DNA of 64,000 bases from Prochlorococcus sp. scB243_498I20 (GTDB taxonomy: Bacteria; Cyanobacteriota; Cyanobacteriia; PCC-6307; Cyanobiaceae). Location of the stretch: contig JFMR01000114.1 in the NCBI GenBank assembly GCA_000635015.1, positions 10,164-74,163 on the forward strand, in the 5' to 3' direction. This document shows positions 32,334 through 43,287 of the stretch, piece by piece. The number at the start of each line of letters is the position of its first letter. The stretch's first letter is position 1. A program made the position numbers and the translations under genes. The notes below the pieces were generated by a model. That model had not been told where the DNA came from. It ran no database searches and saw nothing but the letters and a program-made list of their open reading frames with translations.

Positions 32334-33872
32334 CTATTTTACTTCATTCAAGGGTAGTTTTTCACTTTTTTTGGAAGTTATTTCTGGTTTTAACAATGGA
32401 AAAGGTATTACATCTCTAATTGATGCGCTATTAGTAATTAACATAATTAGCCTATCAATGCCTATACCTAATCCTCCAGTAGGCGGCATCCCAATTTCTA
32501 AAGCATTCAAAAAATCTTCATCTATACAATGGGCCTCAAGATCTCCTTCATCTCTAAGAGATTGCTGTAATTGCATTCTTTCTCTTTGATCTACTGGATC
32601 AATCAACTCACTAAACGCATTAGCCAGTTCTCGACCAACAATGAATAATTCAAATCTTTGAACTATTTCTTTATTATCTTGATGAGGCCTAGCTAAAGGA
32701 GAAATTTCAACAGGATAATCAATAATAAAAGTGGGTTCTATCAGTTTTGATTCCACTTTCTGTTCGAACACCTCATTTAAAAGTCTTCCCATGGTATTGA
32801 CTTTATTAGAGAAATCAACATTTATATTTTTAACGGCTTGTTTTGCCGCTAGAAAGTCTCCATTGAAAGAATCAAAATCAATCCCTGTAAATTGTTTGAC
32901 AATATCTTTCATGGATATTCTTGACCAAGGTTTAGAAAAATCTATTTCTTTATTTTGATAATTTATAATTAAAGAACCACATGCATCAGCTACAATATCT
33001 TTAATTAATTCTTCAGTTAAATTCATCATATCGACATAATCAGAATAAGCTTCATAAATTTCAACTGATGTGAATTCTGGATTATGTCTTGTACTTATTC
33101 CCTCATTACGGAAGATTCTTCCCAATTCATACACTTTCTCAAATCCTCCAACAACCATTCTTTTTAAATGTAATTCTGTAGCTATTCTTAAATACAACGG
33201 AATATCTAATGTATTGTGATGAGTTATAAATGGTCTTGCTTCAGCACCACCTGCTTCGGATTGCAGAATTGGAGTCTCTATCTCTAAAAAATTTCTATTA
33301 TCTAGCCATTTTCTTATAAAACTTATGCACTTTGCTCTTGTTTTAAATACATTTTTAGAATGCGGATTAACTATTAAATCTAGATAACGTTGTCTATACC
33401 TTTTTTCAATATCAGTCAAACCATGCCATTTATCTGGTAAAGGTTGTAATGACTTAGATAACATTTCCCATTTTTCTACTTTAATTGAAAGCTCACCTTT
33501 ATTAGTTTTTTTAATTGTTCCATAGACGCCTATCCAATCACCAATATCTACTATTTCCTTGATATCTTCAAAAGAAAGTAATTTTTGTTTTTCTAAATTT
33601 AAATTAATAACCCTTTTATCTAGATAAAGCTGAATCTGACCTTCTTGATCGCTTATTGTGAAAAAGGCAATTTTACCCATTACCCTTTTTGCCATAACTC
33701 TACCAGCAAGAGAAACACTGAAGTCTTCCTCTTGACCATTTTCTAGATAATCAAATTCTTGGGTAAGAAAACTGGTAGTATGTGATACCTTGAAACTCTG
33801 CGCGTAAGAAGCAAATCCTTTACCAACGAGTGAATTAGCCTTTTGCAAGCGAGCTTCTTTTATTTCAGACAA
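32334..33872 (-). CDS. lysS: Lysine--tRNA ligase
   Basis: [38 protein letters not shown]. Confidence 0.98.
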   Translation of the reverse strand: MSEIKEARLQKANSLVGKGFASYAQSFKVSHTTSFLTQEFDYLENGQEEDFSVSLAGRVMAKRVMGKIAFFTISDQEGQIQLYLDKRVINLNLEKQKLLSFEDIKEIVDIGDWIGVYGTIKKTNKGELSIKVEKWEMLSKSLQPLPDKWHGLTDIEKRYRQRYLDLIVNPHSKNVFKTRAKCISFIRKWLDNRNFLEIETPILQSEAGGAEARPFITHHNTLDIPLYLRIATELHLKRMVVGGFEKVYELGRIFRNEGISTRHNPEFTSVEIYEAYSDYVDMMNLTEELIKDIVADACGSLIINYQNKEIDFSKPWSRISMKDIVKQFTGIDFDSFNGDFLAAKQAVKNINVDFSNKVNTMGRLLNEVFEQKVESKLIEPTFIIDYPVEISPLARPHQDNKEIVQRFELFIVGRELANAFSELIDPVDQRERMQLQQSLRDEGDLEAHCIDEDFLNALEIGMPPTGGLGIGIDRLIMLITNSASIRDVIPFPLLKPEITSKKSEKLPLNEVK

Positions 33873-33922
33873 AATTTATTTTAATATGTTTGTTTTATTT
33901 AATAAAATTATCAAACTATTGC

Positions 33923-34669
33923 TCAACTTGCCAAAGATGTTGCTGTTTCGCCAACTCTCTGAGATGCATAACCAATCCCTCTCACAGTTAATATTAATTC
34001 TGGATTTCTTGGGTCTGGTTCCAATTTACCTCTTAATCTTGCAACATATACATCTACAACTCTTAAATCTGCAGCCCTTCGAGGAGGATAACCCCATAGC
34101 TGTTCTAAAATTTCTGCTCGCGGAACAACCTTACCAGGCTCGTCAAATAATAACTCTAGGAGGCTAAATTCAGTATAAGTAAGACTAATTCTATCTCCAG
34201 CTCTAGAAACTTGTCTGCGATTAGTATCAACAACTAAACTCCCAAATTTCATAACTCCTTTACCTGAAGGAACTTCTTTGGTTTCAGTAACGGATACAGT
34301 TGGTCCCATTCTTCTCAAAATAGTAGCTATTCTAGCCTCTAACTCTTTAGGGCTAAATGGTTTAGATAAGTAATCATCAGCCCCTAAATCCAAACCTGCA
34401 ACTCTCTCTGAAATAGCCTCTAAAGCAGTTAAAAATATTATTGGTACGACTGATTCAGCTCTAATTCTTCTACAAACAGCAAATCCATCCATTTTTGGAA
34501 GCATAACATCAAGAACTATTAAGTCTGGTGAATCCCTGTGGAAAGATTCAAGAGCTTCTTCGCCGTTAGTAGCTGAATAAACTTGATAACCAGCTAGTTG
34601 AAGCCTCGTAACTAATACCTTCAAGACAGCTGGTTCATCATCAACAACTAAAATTCTTGCTTTTGACAT
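33923..34669 (-). CDS. srrA: OmpR-family response regulator, RpaB paralog SrrA
   Basis: Receiver + wHTH; WGYPPRRAADLRVVDVYVARLR is the SrrA-type variant of the RpaB recognition helix. Confidence 0.8.
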   Translation of the reverse strand: MSKARILVVDDEPAVLKVLVTRLQLAGYQVYSATNGEEALESFHRDSPDLIVLDVMLPKMDGFAVCRRIRAESVVPIIFLTALEAISERVAGLDLGADDYLSKPFSPKELEARIATILRRMGPTVSVTETKEVPSGKGVMKFGSLVVDTNRRQVSRAGDRISLTYTEFSLLELLFDEPGKVVPRAEILEQLWGYPPRRAADLRVVDVYVARLRGKLEPDPRNPELILTVRGIGYASQRVGETATSLAS

Positions 34670-34848
34670 AGTTAAAAAAGATTTATAGATATTTCAAAGC
34701 AAAAAAACTATTGCATTGAATATTTATACTAACAATTAAAAATATAACATTACGAACCCTCAAAGAGATATTCAGTAGGTTTAAAAAAATTTAAATAAGT
34801 TTAAGATATAAATTTTTTAAAACACTTTTTACTTCTTTACGAAATTCA

Positions 34849-35367
34849 TTAATGCAATTTTCTTCTTGAAAATTTAAACACTCTTAAAAGTTGGGAGCAA
34901 ATAAGGGGAGCAAAAAAACCTGTCAAAAAAACCTGCGCTAAAATATTTTTAGCAATAGGCATAAAAATTGTAAAATTAATATCTGAAAAATTTCTAAACA
35001 AAATTTGTAAAAAATAAAAAGTACCACATAAAAAACTTCCAAAAGAACATATCAAACCATACCTAAAATGTCCCACCAAAATATCACTATGTAATTTAAT
35101 TCTCCCAAACAAAAATCCACAAAAAATTAAGCCTGGTATTTGAGAAAAATTATTATCTAAAGTTATAGAATCTAAAATTAGACCTAAAAACAAACCAAAT
35201 ATTAATCCATTTATTGATCCATTCATCATTGACCAAGGCAATAACCAAAATAACGGCCAATATGGCTGAACACCTAACAATCCAAGCCAATTAGGGTGCC
35301 ACAAAAAAATAATTGGGATAAAAATAAAGCTTATTATGGATAATCTTTTTGTGAAAAATTTATTCAT
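34849..35367 (-). CDS. mreD: Rod shape-determining protein MreD
   Basis: Hydrophobic protein after mreC; ATG overlaps mreC TAA (TAATG). Confidence 0.8.
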   Translation of the reverse strand: MNKFFTKRLSIISFIFIPIIFLWHPNWLGLLGVQPYWPLFWLLPWSMMNGSINGLIFGLFLGLILDSITLDNNFSQIPGLIFCGFLFGRIKLHSDILVGHFRYGLICSFGSFLCGTFYFLQILFRNFSDINFTIFMPIAKNILAQVFLTGFFAPLICSQLLRVFKFSRRKLH

Positions 35368-36116
35368 TAAATATTTACTTTTAAAATTTGCACCCAATCA
35401 ATTAAGTGAGGTTTTGCCAAAAGTGAAATTTTTGCCGTTTTTTTTGATTGCAACGTCTCATCTATAGATTGGACAATCCCAATAGGGATATTTGGAGGTA
35501 ATAGCGTACTGGCTGGAGATGATGATACAAAATCTCCTACTTTAATATCAGCATCTTTTGAATACAGTATTAGGCTAGGATTATCATCTCCTGAACCAAC
35601 CAGTAGTCCATTAATTTGACTTCTGTCAACCCAAACCCCTAATTTACTTTCTGGAGAAGTTAATAATGTTACCGAAGAAGTAAAATAAGAAGTATTACTT
35701 ACTCTTCCTAATAATCCACCGGGGCCAGTAACAGTACTCCCAATTTCCACTCCATCTTTTGAACCTTTGTTTAAGATAATTTGTCTCCACCAACCGCCTG
35801 TTTTTCTCGAAATAACTGCTGCTGAAATATTATTATTATTGGATAATTGTTTAAGAGATAAAATCTCCCGTAACCTTAAATTATCCTTTTTAAGAAGATT
35901 TAATTTTATGAAAGATTCTTGATCTATGCTCTGAAGGATAACTTCTTTTTGAAATTGACCAGGCCAAAAAGGCCTTGAAATAAAGTAAAAAAAATCTTTA
36001 TACAAAGATCCTTTTGAAATCCTTACAAAGAAAAAAAATAAAAAAATTCCAAAGAATATCCAAGTTTTCTTTTTATGCCACCAACGACTAGAAGAAATTC
36101 GTCGGATGTCTAACAT
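35367..36116 (-). CDS. mreC: Rod shape-determining protein MreC
   Basis: LNKGSKDGV, GLLGRV, SSPASTLLPPNIPIG. Confidence 0.92.
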   Translation of the reverse strand: MLDIRRISSSRWWHKKKTWIFFGIFLFFFFVRISKGSLYKDFFYFISRPFWPGQFQKEVILQSIDQESFIKLNLLKKDNLRLREILSLKQLSNNNNISAAVISRKTGGWWRQIILNKGSKDGVEIGSTVTGPGGLLGRVSNTSYFTSSVTLLTSPESKLGVWVDRSQINGLLVGSGDDNPSLILYSKDADIKVGDFVSSSPASTLLPPNIPIGIVQSIDETLQSKKTAKISLLAKPHLIDWVQILKVNI

Positions 36117-36120
36117 ATTA

Positions 36121-37173
36121 TTAATCTCTTATCGCGTTCCTTATAAAGTCTGGCGTATCAACAACTCTTTTAAGTTTTTTAAAATCATCCAAAACTTCCC
36201 CACAGCCATTAACTACACAAAGCAGTGGATTTTCTGCTATGTGGGTAAAAATTCCAGTTTCATCGCTTAATAAGTCATTAATTCCTCTAACTAAAGCACC
36301 ACCTCCTGCAAGCATAATCCCCCTATCAACAATATCTGCAGCAAGTTCAGGAGGAGTTCGCTCTAAAGTTCTTTTTACAGCTTCAACTATTTTGCTCAGT
36401 GTTTCAGCCATAGCTTCTCTAATTTCTCCTGAGGTCAAAGTTACTGACCTTGGGAGACCAGATAAAAGATGTAAACCTCTAACCTCCAAGGTAGTCTTAT
36501 CAAAATCTTCATCTGGGAATGCAGACCCAATCTTGATCTTAATATCTTCTGCAGTTCTCTCTCCAACAACTAAATTATGAACTTTTTTAAGGTACAAGGC
36601 AATTGATTCGTTTATTTCGTCGCCAGCTATTCGAACAGATTCGCTTAATACAGTTCCACCCAAACTTAATACTGCAACCTCAGTAGTACCACCACCAATA
36701 TCAACAATCATAGTTCCAATTGGCTCAGTTACCGGTAATGATGCACCTATTGCTGCTGCAACAGGTTCATCTATTAAATGGACTTCTCTAGCTCCCGCTA
36801 ATCCAGCTTCTCTTACTGCTCTTCGCTCGACACTAGTCACTCCGCTTGGAATACCAATAACTATTCTTGGAGCGACTATACCCTTGCCTTCGTTACATTT
36901 TTGAATAAATGTTTTAATCATTTGTTCCGCAGCATCAAAATCTGCAATAACACCATCTCTAAGTGGTCTTACAGCCCTAATATTGCCAGGTGTTCTTCCA
37001 AGCATTAGCTTTGCTTCTTTACCAACAGCTAATGGAATCCCTTCCTCTAAATCCATAGCTACTACAGAAGGCTCTTGTAAAACAACTCCCTTACCTGATA
37101 CGTGTATAAGAGTGTTGGCTGTCCCTAAATCTATGCCAATGTCTCTAGAAAATTTAAATCTGTTAAAAATCAC
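36121..37173 (-). CDS. mreB: Rod shape-determining protein MreB
   Basis: [31 protein letters not shown]. Confidence 0.98.
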   Translation of the reverse strand: MIFNRFKFSRDIGIDLGTANTLIHVSGKGVVLQEPSVVAMDLEEGIPLAVGKEAKLMLGRTPGNIRAVRPLRDGVIADFDAAEQMIKTFIQKCNEGKGIVAPRIVIGIPSGVTSVERRAVREAGLAGAREVHLIDEPVAAAIGASLPVTEPIGTMIVDIGGGTTEVAVLSLGGTVLSESVRIAGDEINESIALYLKKVHNLVVGERTAEDIKIKIGSAFPDEDFDKTTLEVRGLHLLSGLPRSVTLTSGEIREAMAETLSKIVEAVKRTLERTPPELAADIVDRGIMLAGGGALVRGINDLLSDETGIFTHIAENPLLCVVNGCGEVLDDFKKLKRVVDTPDFIRNAIRD

Positions 37174-37305
37174 AATAGGAATTCTTTTTTATAAATAATA
37201 TATCTATTTTTTATTAAGCTTTCACAATTCTCTCATTTGGTTATGAATAGCACGCAAAACTTTGAGCAGAATCTAAAAATATGAGTAGTATAAAAAGAAA
37301 AAACC

Positions 37306-37677
37306 ATGGAAATTAACACTATTAACCTGGTTGGCAGAGCCGGTAGAGAACCTGATGTCAGATATTTTGAATCTGGAAGTATCGTAGCTAATTTTACTCT
37401 TGCAGTGAATAGAAGAAATAGAGATGAGGAGCCTGACTGGTTTAATTTAGAAATATGGGGCAAACAGGCGCAAATCGCAGCAGATTACGTTAAAAAAGGA
37501 TCTTTAATTGGAATCACAGGAAGCTTTAAAATTGATAGTTGGAAAGATAAAAATACTGGGGAAGATAGATATAAACCAGTTATTAGGGTAGACAGTTTAA
37601 ATTTACTGGGCTCCAGAAAAGATTCTAATAATAACCAATACGCTAATAGTAGTAACTCTAGTGAAATTCCTTTTTAA
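37306..37677 (+). CDS. ssb: Single-stranded DNA-binding protein
   Basis: LVGRAGREPD, DWFNLEIWGKQA, C-terminal EIPF. Confidence 0.95.
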   Translation: MEINTINLVGRAGREPDVRYFESGSIVANFTLAVNRRNRDEEPDWFNLEIWGKQAQIAADYVKKGSLIGITGSFKIDSWKDKNTGEDRYKPVIRVDSLNLLGSRKDSNNNQYANSSNSSEIPF

Positions 37678-38333
37678 GCTCTATTTTTTTTTAAAATTCT
37701 AATAAGTGTTTTAATAAAAAAATATAAGAAAATTAAAATTAAAATTGGCTTTATAACATATTTAATTTGCTCTAGGTAATTTTCAATAACTAGATATTTT
37801 TCACCAAATAAATAACCTGCATAAGTGAGAAGTGCTACCCATATCAAGCTCCCAAATGTTGTCCAAATTAAAAATTTTCTTAATGGCATAAGTTCTATGC
37901 CAGCGGGAACTGAAATTAAAGTTCTTATCCCTGGTACTAATCTACCCCAAAAAACTAAAGAAACCCCGTATTTATCAAACCACCTTTTACTTTTACTTAA
38001 ATCATTAGAAGAAATACCCAGATATTTTCCTTTTTTATCAAGAAAATTTGATAGTCTTTTTTCATTTACTAATCTACCCAAATAATACCAAGGCAATGAT
38101 CCTAAAATAGTTCCAAGTAATCCCCAAAAAACTAAAATATAGAAGTTTAATTTTTGTTGATAAACGAAAAATCCTCCCAATGGCATTATTATTTCTGAAG
38201 GAATTGGAGGAATTATATTTTCTAAAAACATAGCCAAACAAATAGTGAGGTATGCAATTATTGAATTTTTTTCAACAGCCAAACTTATGTAGTCGGGAAT
38301 TGAAGTAAAAAAATTTACAAAAATTAAACTCAA
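37674..38333 (-). CDS. DedA family membrane protein
   Basis: ENIIPPIPSE, GRLVPGIRTLISVPAG. Confidence 0.93.
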   Translation of the reverse strand: MSLIFVNFFTSIPDYISLAVEKNSIIAYLTICLAMFLENIIPPIPSEIIMPLGGFFVYQQKLNFYILVFWGLLGTILGSLPWYYLGRLVNEKRLSNFLDKKGKYLGISSNDLSKSKRWFDKYGVSLVFWGRLVPGIRTLISVPAGIELMPLRKFLIWTTFGSLIWVALLTYAGYLFGEKYLVIENYLEQIKYVIKPILILIFLYFFIKTLIRILKKNRA

Positions 38334-38335
38334 AC

Positions 38336-39754
38336 TTAGTATCTATAAAGTTCTGGTTTATAAGGTCCTTCAACAGAGACATTAATATAATCAGCTTGTT
38401 CATTAGTTAATTTTGTTAATTTTGCACCAATTTTATCAAGATGTAATCTAGCCACCATTTCATCCAAATGCTTTGGTAAAACATAAACCTTCTTAGCATA
38501 TTTTTCTGAATTATTGAAAAGTTCAATTTGAGCAAGTACTTGATTTGTAAAAGAATTACTCATAACAAAACTTGGATGTCCAGTGGCACAACCTAAGTTC
38601 ACCAATCTACCTTCAGCTAAAAGAATTATTTTATTGCCACTCGGTAAAGTTATGTGATCAACTTGAGGCTTAATATTTTCCCATGGATAATCTTTCAATG
38701 AAGCCACATCAATTTCATTATCAAAGTGGCCGATATTACAAACTATGGCTTCATCTTTCATCTTGATAAGATTTTCGTTTGTTATTACCTTATAGTTCCC
38801 AGTTGCGGTAACAAATATGTCTATTTCTTCCACAACATCATCTAATGTAACAACACTAAAACCTTCCATAGCCGCTTGGAGAGCACAAATTGGATCAACT
38901 TCAGCAACTTTTACAATTGCGCCAAGTCCCCTTAGAGACTGTGCCGAACCTTTACCTACATCTCCAAAGCCCATTACTAAAGCAACCTTTCCAGCAATCA
39001 TCACATCAGTGGCGCGCTTTATACTATCAACTAGAGATTCTCGGCAGCCATATAAATTATCAAATTTGCTCTTAGTTACTGAATCATTGACGTTGATAGC
39101 AGGGAAGGGTAAAGCATTTTGCTTTTGCAATTGATAAAGTCTTGCAACGCCTGTTGTAGTTTCTTCAGTAACGCCGATGATATTACTTTTGATTCTTGAA
39201 TAAAAATCGCTGTCATTTTTCAACTTAGACTTAATAGAATTGAATAAAGCAATTTCCTCTTCATTACTAGGATTATCTAAAACAGATAAATCTTTTTCTG
39301 CTTTACTACCAAGGATCAATAAGCCAGTTGCATCTCCCCCATCATCAAGAATCATATTTGGAGAGTCTGAACCCCAATCAAGGATATAGTGGGTATATTT
39401 CCAATATTCATCAAGAGTCTCCCCTTTTTTTGCATATACAGGAATTCCTTGATCTGCGATGGCTGCTGCTGCATGATCTTGAGTTGAAAAAATATTGCAT
39501 GAAGCCCATTTCACTTCGGCGCCAAGACTAACAAGAGTTTCTATTAAGACTGCAGTCTGAATAGTCATATGAAGACTTCCAGCTATTTTTGCACCTTTTA
39601 ATGGTATTTCAGAATGATATTTATCTCTAAGTGCCATTAATCCTGGCATTTCCGTTTCGGCAATTTTAATTTCTTTACGACCAAAATCTGACAAGGAGAT
39701 ATCAGCAATTACGTAATTAGGGAGGGAGGTCTTGATAGAATTTGCTATAACCAT
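38336..39754 (-). CDS. ahcY: Adenosylhomocysteinase
   Basis: [41 protein letters not shown]. Confidence 0.98.
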   Translation of the reverse strand: MVIANSIKTSLPNYVIADISLSDFGRKEIKIAETEMPGLMALRDKYHSEIPLKGAKIAGSLHMTIQTAVLIETLVSLGAEVKWASCNIFSTQDHAAAAIADQGIPVYAKKGETLDEYWKYTHYILDWGSDSPNMILDDGGDATGLLILGSKAEKDLSVLDNPSNEEEIALFNSIKSKLKNDSDFYSRIKSNIIGVTEETTTGVARLYQLQKQNALPFPAINVNDSVTKSKFDNLYGCRESLVDSIKRATDVMIAGKVALVMGFGDVGKGSAQSLRGLGAIVKVAEVDPICALQAAMEGFSVVTLDDVVEEIDIFVTATGNYKVITNENLIKMKDEAIVCNIGHFDNEIDVASLKDYPWENIKPQVDHITLPSGNKIILLAEGRLVNLGCATGHPSFVMSNSFTNQVLAQIELFNNSEKYAKKVYVLPKHLDEMVARLHLDKIGAKLTKLTNEQADYINVSVEGPYKPELYRY

Positions 39755-39791
39755 ATCTAGTAAATAATTTATTATTTACTATAAGCGATTT

Positions 39792-40241
39792 TTGTTTAAT
39801 TTAGTGTTTATTGAAAATTTAAAAGATACTTTAAATTTAGGGGAAAAACTCTCACACAAATTAAATCCCCAATCAATTGTTTTATTACAGGGCCCAATTG
39901 GGGCTGGGAAAACTTCATTTGTTCAAGGGATTGCTAATGGCTTATCAATCTCTGAAGACATTACAAGCCCTACATTTGCTTTATCGCATCACTATAACTC
40001 AGGAAAAATTCCACTAATTCACCTTGATTTGTACAGATTAGGAAATGTTTCTTCAGCAAAAGAAGTTTTTTTTTCAGAAGAAGAAGAAGCAATACAAAGA
40101 CAAGCTATTTTAGTTATTGAGTGGCCAGAATTAATAGAACCTTTTATTGATAATTTCTGGAAAATAGAAATTAGTTACGCAAAAAAATATGGAAGAAACT
40201 ACGAAGTAAGAGATCCCAAAAATTTATTAACCTTCTCGTAA
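39792..40241 (+). CDS. tsaE: tRNA threonylcarbamoyladenosine biosynthesis ATPase
   Basis: GPIGAGKTSF, TSPTF, HLDLYR, VIEW. Confidence 0.95.
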   Translation: MFNLVFIENLKDTLNLGEKLSHKLNPQSIVLLQGPIGAGKTSFVQGIANGLSISEDITSPTFALSHHYNSGKIPLIHLDLYRLGNVSSAKEVFFSEEEEAIQRQAILVIEWPELIEPFIDNFWKIEISYAKKYGRNYEVRDPKNLLTFS

Positions 40242-41197
40242 GATGGCTGTTGCTCGATGGCGCCTTCACCAAGACAAGTTAATAATCCACAAACACTTGC
40301 GAACTTAATGCAATCTTCTATCTCTAGTTTATTTGAAGGATATCCAGAAGAAATTAATTTTGAAATAAAGCCCGCTAGAAAAGCATCTCCTGCGCCAGTT
40401 GTATCAACAATTTTTAGTAAAGATGGAGTTTCTGTAATTCCCTGCAATCCGTTGATATACCATGTAATAGGATTTTTCCCATCAGTTATTATTACATCTG
40501 GTCTATTAGACAATTGTTGAGATATTAGTAAAGGGTTTTCATCCTCAAAAAACAAAGTTGCTTCTTCCTTAGCAAGCTTTAAAACATGTGCATGATTTAA
40601 AAAACTCTTGATTAAATTAACTCTTGCGGCTTGACTTATTTCTGAAGAAAAACTTGAATTATCCCAAAATACCTCCCTCCAATTCAAATCAATAACTATT
40701 TTGACTTCAAATTTTTTAGCCTGTTCAAGAAGAAAAAAAATAGTCTCTGCTGATTTTGGAGATGATAATAAGATCGTTCCTGTAACCAAATATTTTATTT
40801 CTAAAAAAGATTTCTCTAAATTTAAAATTTTTTTTTCAATTAATTGCTTTCTAAGAACTTCGTCCGCAAAGCATGAATGAGAACTTTCTTCAAAGCCTAA
40901 AAAAAAACGATCCCCAAATTGATCTCTATCTACATTAACCACACGAGTAGATGAATCATTATTTAATTGCAAAAAATCTAAATTAACACCTAATTCATTA
41001 AATTTCGTAATGAATTGTTTTCCATAATCGTCATTACCCAAACTTCCTATAAATATTGAATCTATTTTTAATTTTCTTAATGCACAGGCAACGTTAGCTG
41101 GCGCACCACCCAAAAAATCTGTAAATTCTTGATTTGACTTATTTCTGATTTTGTCTATTAAAGCCTCTCCAATACACATGACCCTTTTCTTTTTCAT
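40199..41197 (-). CDS. PfkB family carbohydrate kinase
   Basis: GGAPANVA, DLNWR, DTTGAGDAF. Confidence 0.93.
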   Translation of the reverse strand: MKKKRVMCIGEALIDKIRNKSNQEFTDFLGGAPANVACALRKLKIDSIFIGSLGNDDYGKQFITKFNELGVNLDFLQLNNDSSTRVVNVDRDQFGDRFFLGFEESSHSCFADEVLRKQLIEKKILNLEKSFLEIKYLVTGTILLSSPKSAETIFFLLEQAKKFEVKIVIDLNWREVFWDNSSFSSEISQAARVNLIKSFLNHAHVLKLAKEEATLFFEDENPLLISQQLSNRPDVIITDGKNPITWYINGLQGITETPSLLKIVDTTGAGDAFLAGFISKLISSGYPSNKLEIEDCIKFASVCGLLTCLGEGAIEQQPSYEKVNKFLGSLTS

Positions 41198-41286
41198 AAA
41201 TGAACACTTTTTTCTTTAATAAGAATAATTTATTTAAAACGAATAATATTTTTTTTAATTAAAGTTTAATTAAAAGTATATTCATA

Positions 41287-42201
41287 GTGTCTTTAAATAA
41301 ATCTAAAACTTGGAATTGGAAAAATTGGGAAATTTCTTGGTCTTTATCAAAAGAGTCTACTTCTGAAAAAAGTATTAAAATTCTATTAGTTCATGGATTT
41401 GGGGCATCAAAAAACCACTGGAGACATAATCAAGATTTTCTTGGTAAATTTTCTAATTGCTACGCAATTGACTTATTAGGATTTGGGAAAAGCAGTCAAC
41501 CTAGTGCTTTATTAAATTACGAACCCGATAAAGAAAACTCAATTAAATATTCATTTGATTTGTGGGGTAATCAAATATCAACATTTTGTGAAGAGGTAAT
41601 AAAATCTCCTGTTTACTTGGTAGGAAATTCAATTGGTGGTGTTATTGCATTGAAAGCTGCTGAAATCCTTAAAGATAATTGCAAAGGTATCATTTTGATT
41701 GATTGTGCACAAAGAACTATGGATGATAAACGTTTAAAAAAAAGCGATATCTTAATGAATCTACTGAGACCCGTCCTTAAAACGATTGTCAGACAAAGAG
41801 TGATTAGTAATACACTTTTTTCAAGAGCTGCTAATCCAAAAGTTATAAAGAAAATACTTGAACAAGCTTACCCTTCAGGAAAAAATATCGATAAAGAATT
41901 GATTGAAATCCTTTATGTACCCACTCAAAGGAAAAATTCTAAAGAAGCATTTCGCGGGTTTATTAACTTATTTGATGACTATCTTGCTACTGACCTTTTC
42001 GATAAAATTGATGCTCCAATTCAATTGATTTGGGGTGAGAAAGATCCTTGGGAATCTTTAAATGAAGCAAGAGAATGGAAGAAACAATTCAGGAATATTA
42101 AAAGATTAGATATTGTTGATGGTGCTGGACATTGTCCTCATGATGAAGAACCTGAAAAAACAAATAAGTTTATTAATGAATTTATTCAAGAGACAAAATA
42201 A
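41287..42201 (+). CDS. Alpha/beta fold hydrolase
   Basis: HGFGAS, GNSIGG, AGHCPHDE; paralog of 12832-13731. Confidence 0.92.
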   Translation: MSLNKSKTWNWKNWEISWSLSKESTSEKSIKILLVHGFGASKNHWRHNQDFLGKFSNCYAIDLLGFGKSSQPSALLNYEPDKENSIKYSFDLWGNQISTFCEEVIKSPVYLVGNSIGGVIALKAAEILKDNCKGIILIDCAQRTMDDKRLKKSDILMNLLRPVLKTIVRQRVISNTLFSRAANPKVIKKILEQAYPSGKNIDKELIEILYVPTQRKNSKEAFRGFINLFDDYLATDLFDKIDAPIQLIWGEKDPWESLNEAREWKKQFRNIKRLDIVDGAGHCPHDEEPEKTNKFINEFIQETK

Positions 42202-43187
42202 GCTTCTACATTATCACTTAGTCTCCTTAAACCTCTTAATCCATCTCTTTCTAAATTTCTTACTCGATCTCTACTGATCCCCAGCACCCTTCCTATACCT
42301 GTAAGAGACATTGGCTCGTCACCATCCATTCCGTATCTCATTCTTAAAACTCTACATTGCAGATCAGGTAATTGATGTAAAAGAGAATGCAGATCACCTC
42401 TCATACAATCCATCTCTATTTGTTCGTCAGGTAAATCTTCGCCTCCTGCCAGTAAATCTAATAAAACAGTATCTTCTCCATCACCAACTTTGGTTTCAAG
42501 ACTAACTGGCTGGCCAGCTTTACACATCAAATCTTTAACGTCATCTTCGGGAAGATCTACGTATTTAGCAAGTTCGCTTACAGTTGGGGTTCTAGACATT
42601 TCTTGACTGAGCTCTCTCTGTCCTTTTTTTAACTTATTTAACATTTCGGTTATGTGAATTGGAAGTCTTATTGCACGACTCTTTTCAGCAATTGCTCGTG
42701 TAATACCTTGTCTGATCCACCAGTATGCATATGTTGAAAACTTGTAACCTCTGGCTGGATCAAATTTTTCAACCCCTCTGACCAATCCTATAGTTCCCTC
42801 CTGAATTAAATCTAAAAGTTCCATATTTCTTTTAGTATATTTTTTTGCAACGCTTACAACCAATCTTAAGTTCGCTGCAACCATTCTTTCCTTAGCTCTC
42901 TGTCCAGCTCTCAATCTTTTTTTTATTATGGAAGTAGATAAATTTAATTTAGTAGATAGTTCATCAATACTGGGCTTATCTCCAGTTAATTCAATAATTT
43001 CCAATTCTGCTCTTTCAACTTGCATGTACTCTTGTACTTGTCGACCTAAAGTAATTTCTTGCTCATGAGATAGTAATGGGACTCTCCCAATATCCCTCAA
43101 GTATGATCGAACAAGATCTACATCATTACTAGCTTTAATACTTGCTATTGAGGTCAGTTTATTTTCGCTTATTGTTTCAGAAGACAT
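42186..43187 (-). CDS. Group 2 sigma-70 factor (RpoD-like)
   Basis: DLVRSYLRDIGR, ANLRLVVSVAKKY, DLIQEG, KFSTYAYWWIRQ, region 4 RDRVRNLE; start at internal ATG. Confidence 0.93.
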   Translation of the reverse strand: MSSETISENKLTSIASIKASNDVDLVRSYLRDIGRVPLLSHEQEITLGRQVQEYMQVERAELEIIELTGDKPSIDELSTKLNLSTSIIKKRLRAGQRAKERMVAANLRLVVSVAKKYTKRNMELLDLIQEGTIGLVRGVEKFDPARGYKFSTYAYWWIRQGITRAIAEKSRAIRLPIHITEMLNKLKKGQRELSQEMSRTPTVSELAKYVDLPEDDVKDLMCKAGQPVSLETKVGDGEDTVLLDLLAGGEDLPDEQIEMDCMRGDLHSLLHQLPDLQCRVLRMRYGMDGDEPMSLTGIGRVLGISRDRVRNLERDGLRGLRRLSDNVEAYFVS

Positions 43188-43287
43188 GAAAGTTGAATGA
43201 TGTTTTGTAAACAATACCATTAAGAAATGTAAAGTTAAACAAAAAAATCCACATTTTTACAAAAATGAGAATAAATACCTAGTCAAT

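Noticed and set aside
34670-34848. RpaB (HLR1) or NtcA sites upstream of srrA and the sigma factor
   Set aside because: No convincing match to either consensus by eye in AT-rich sequence
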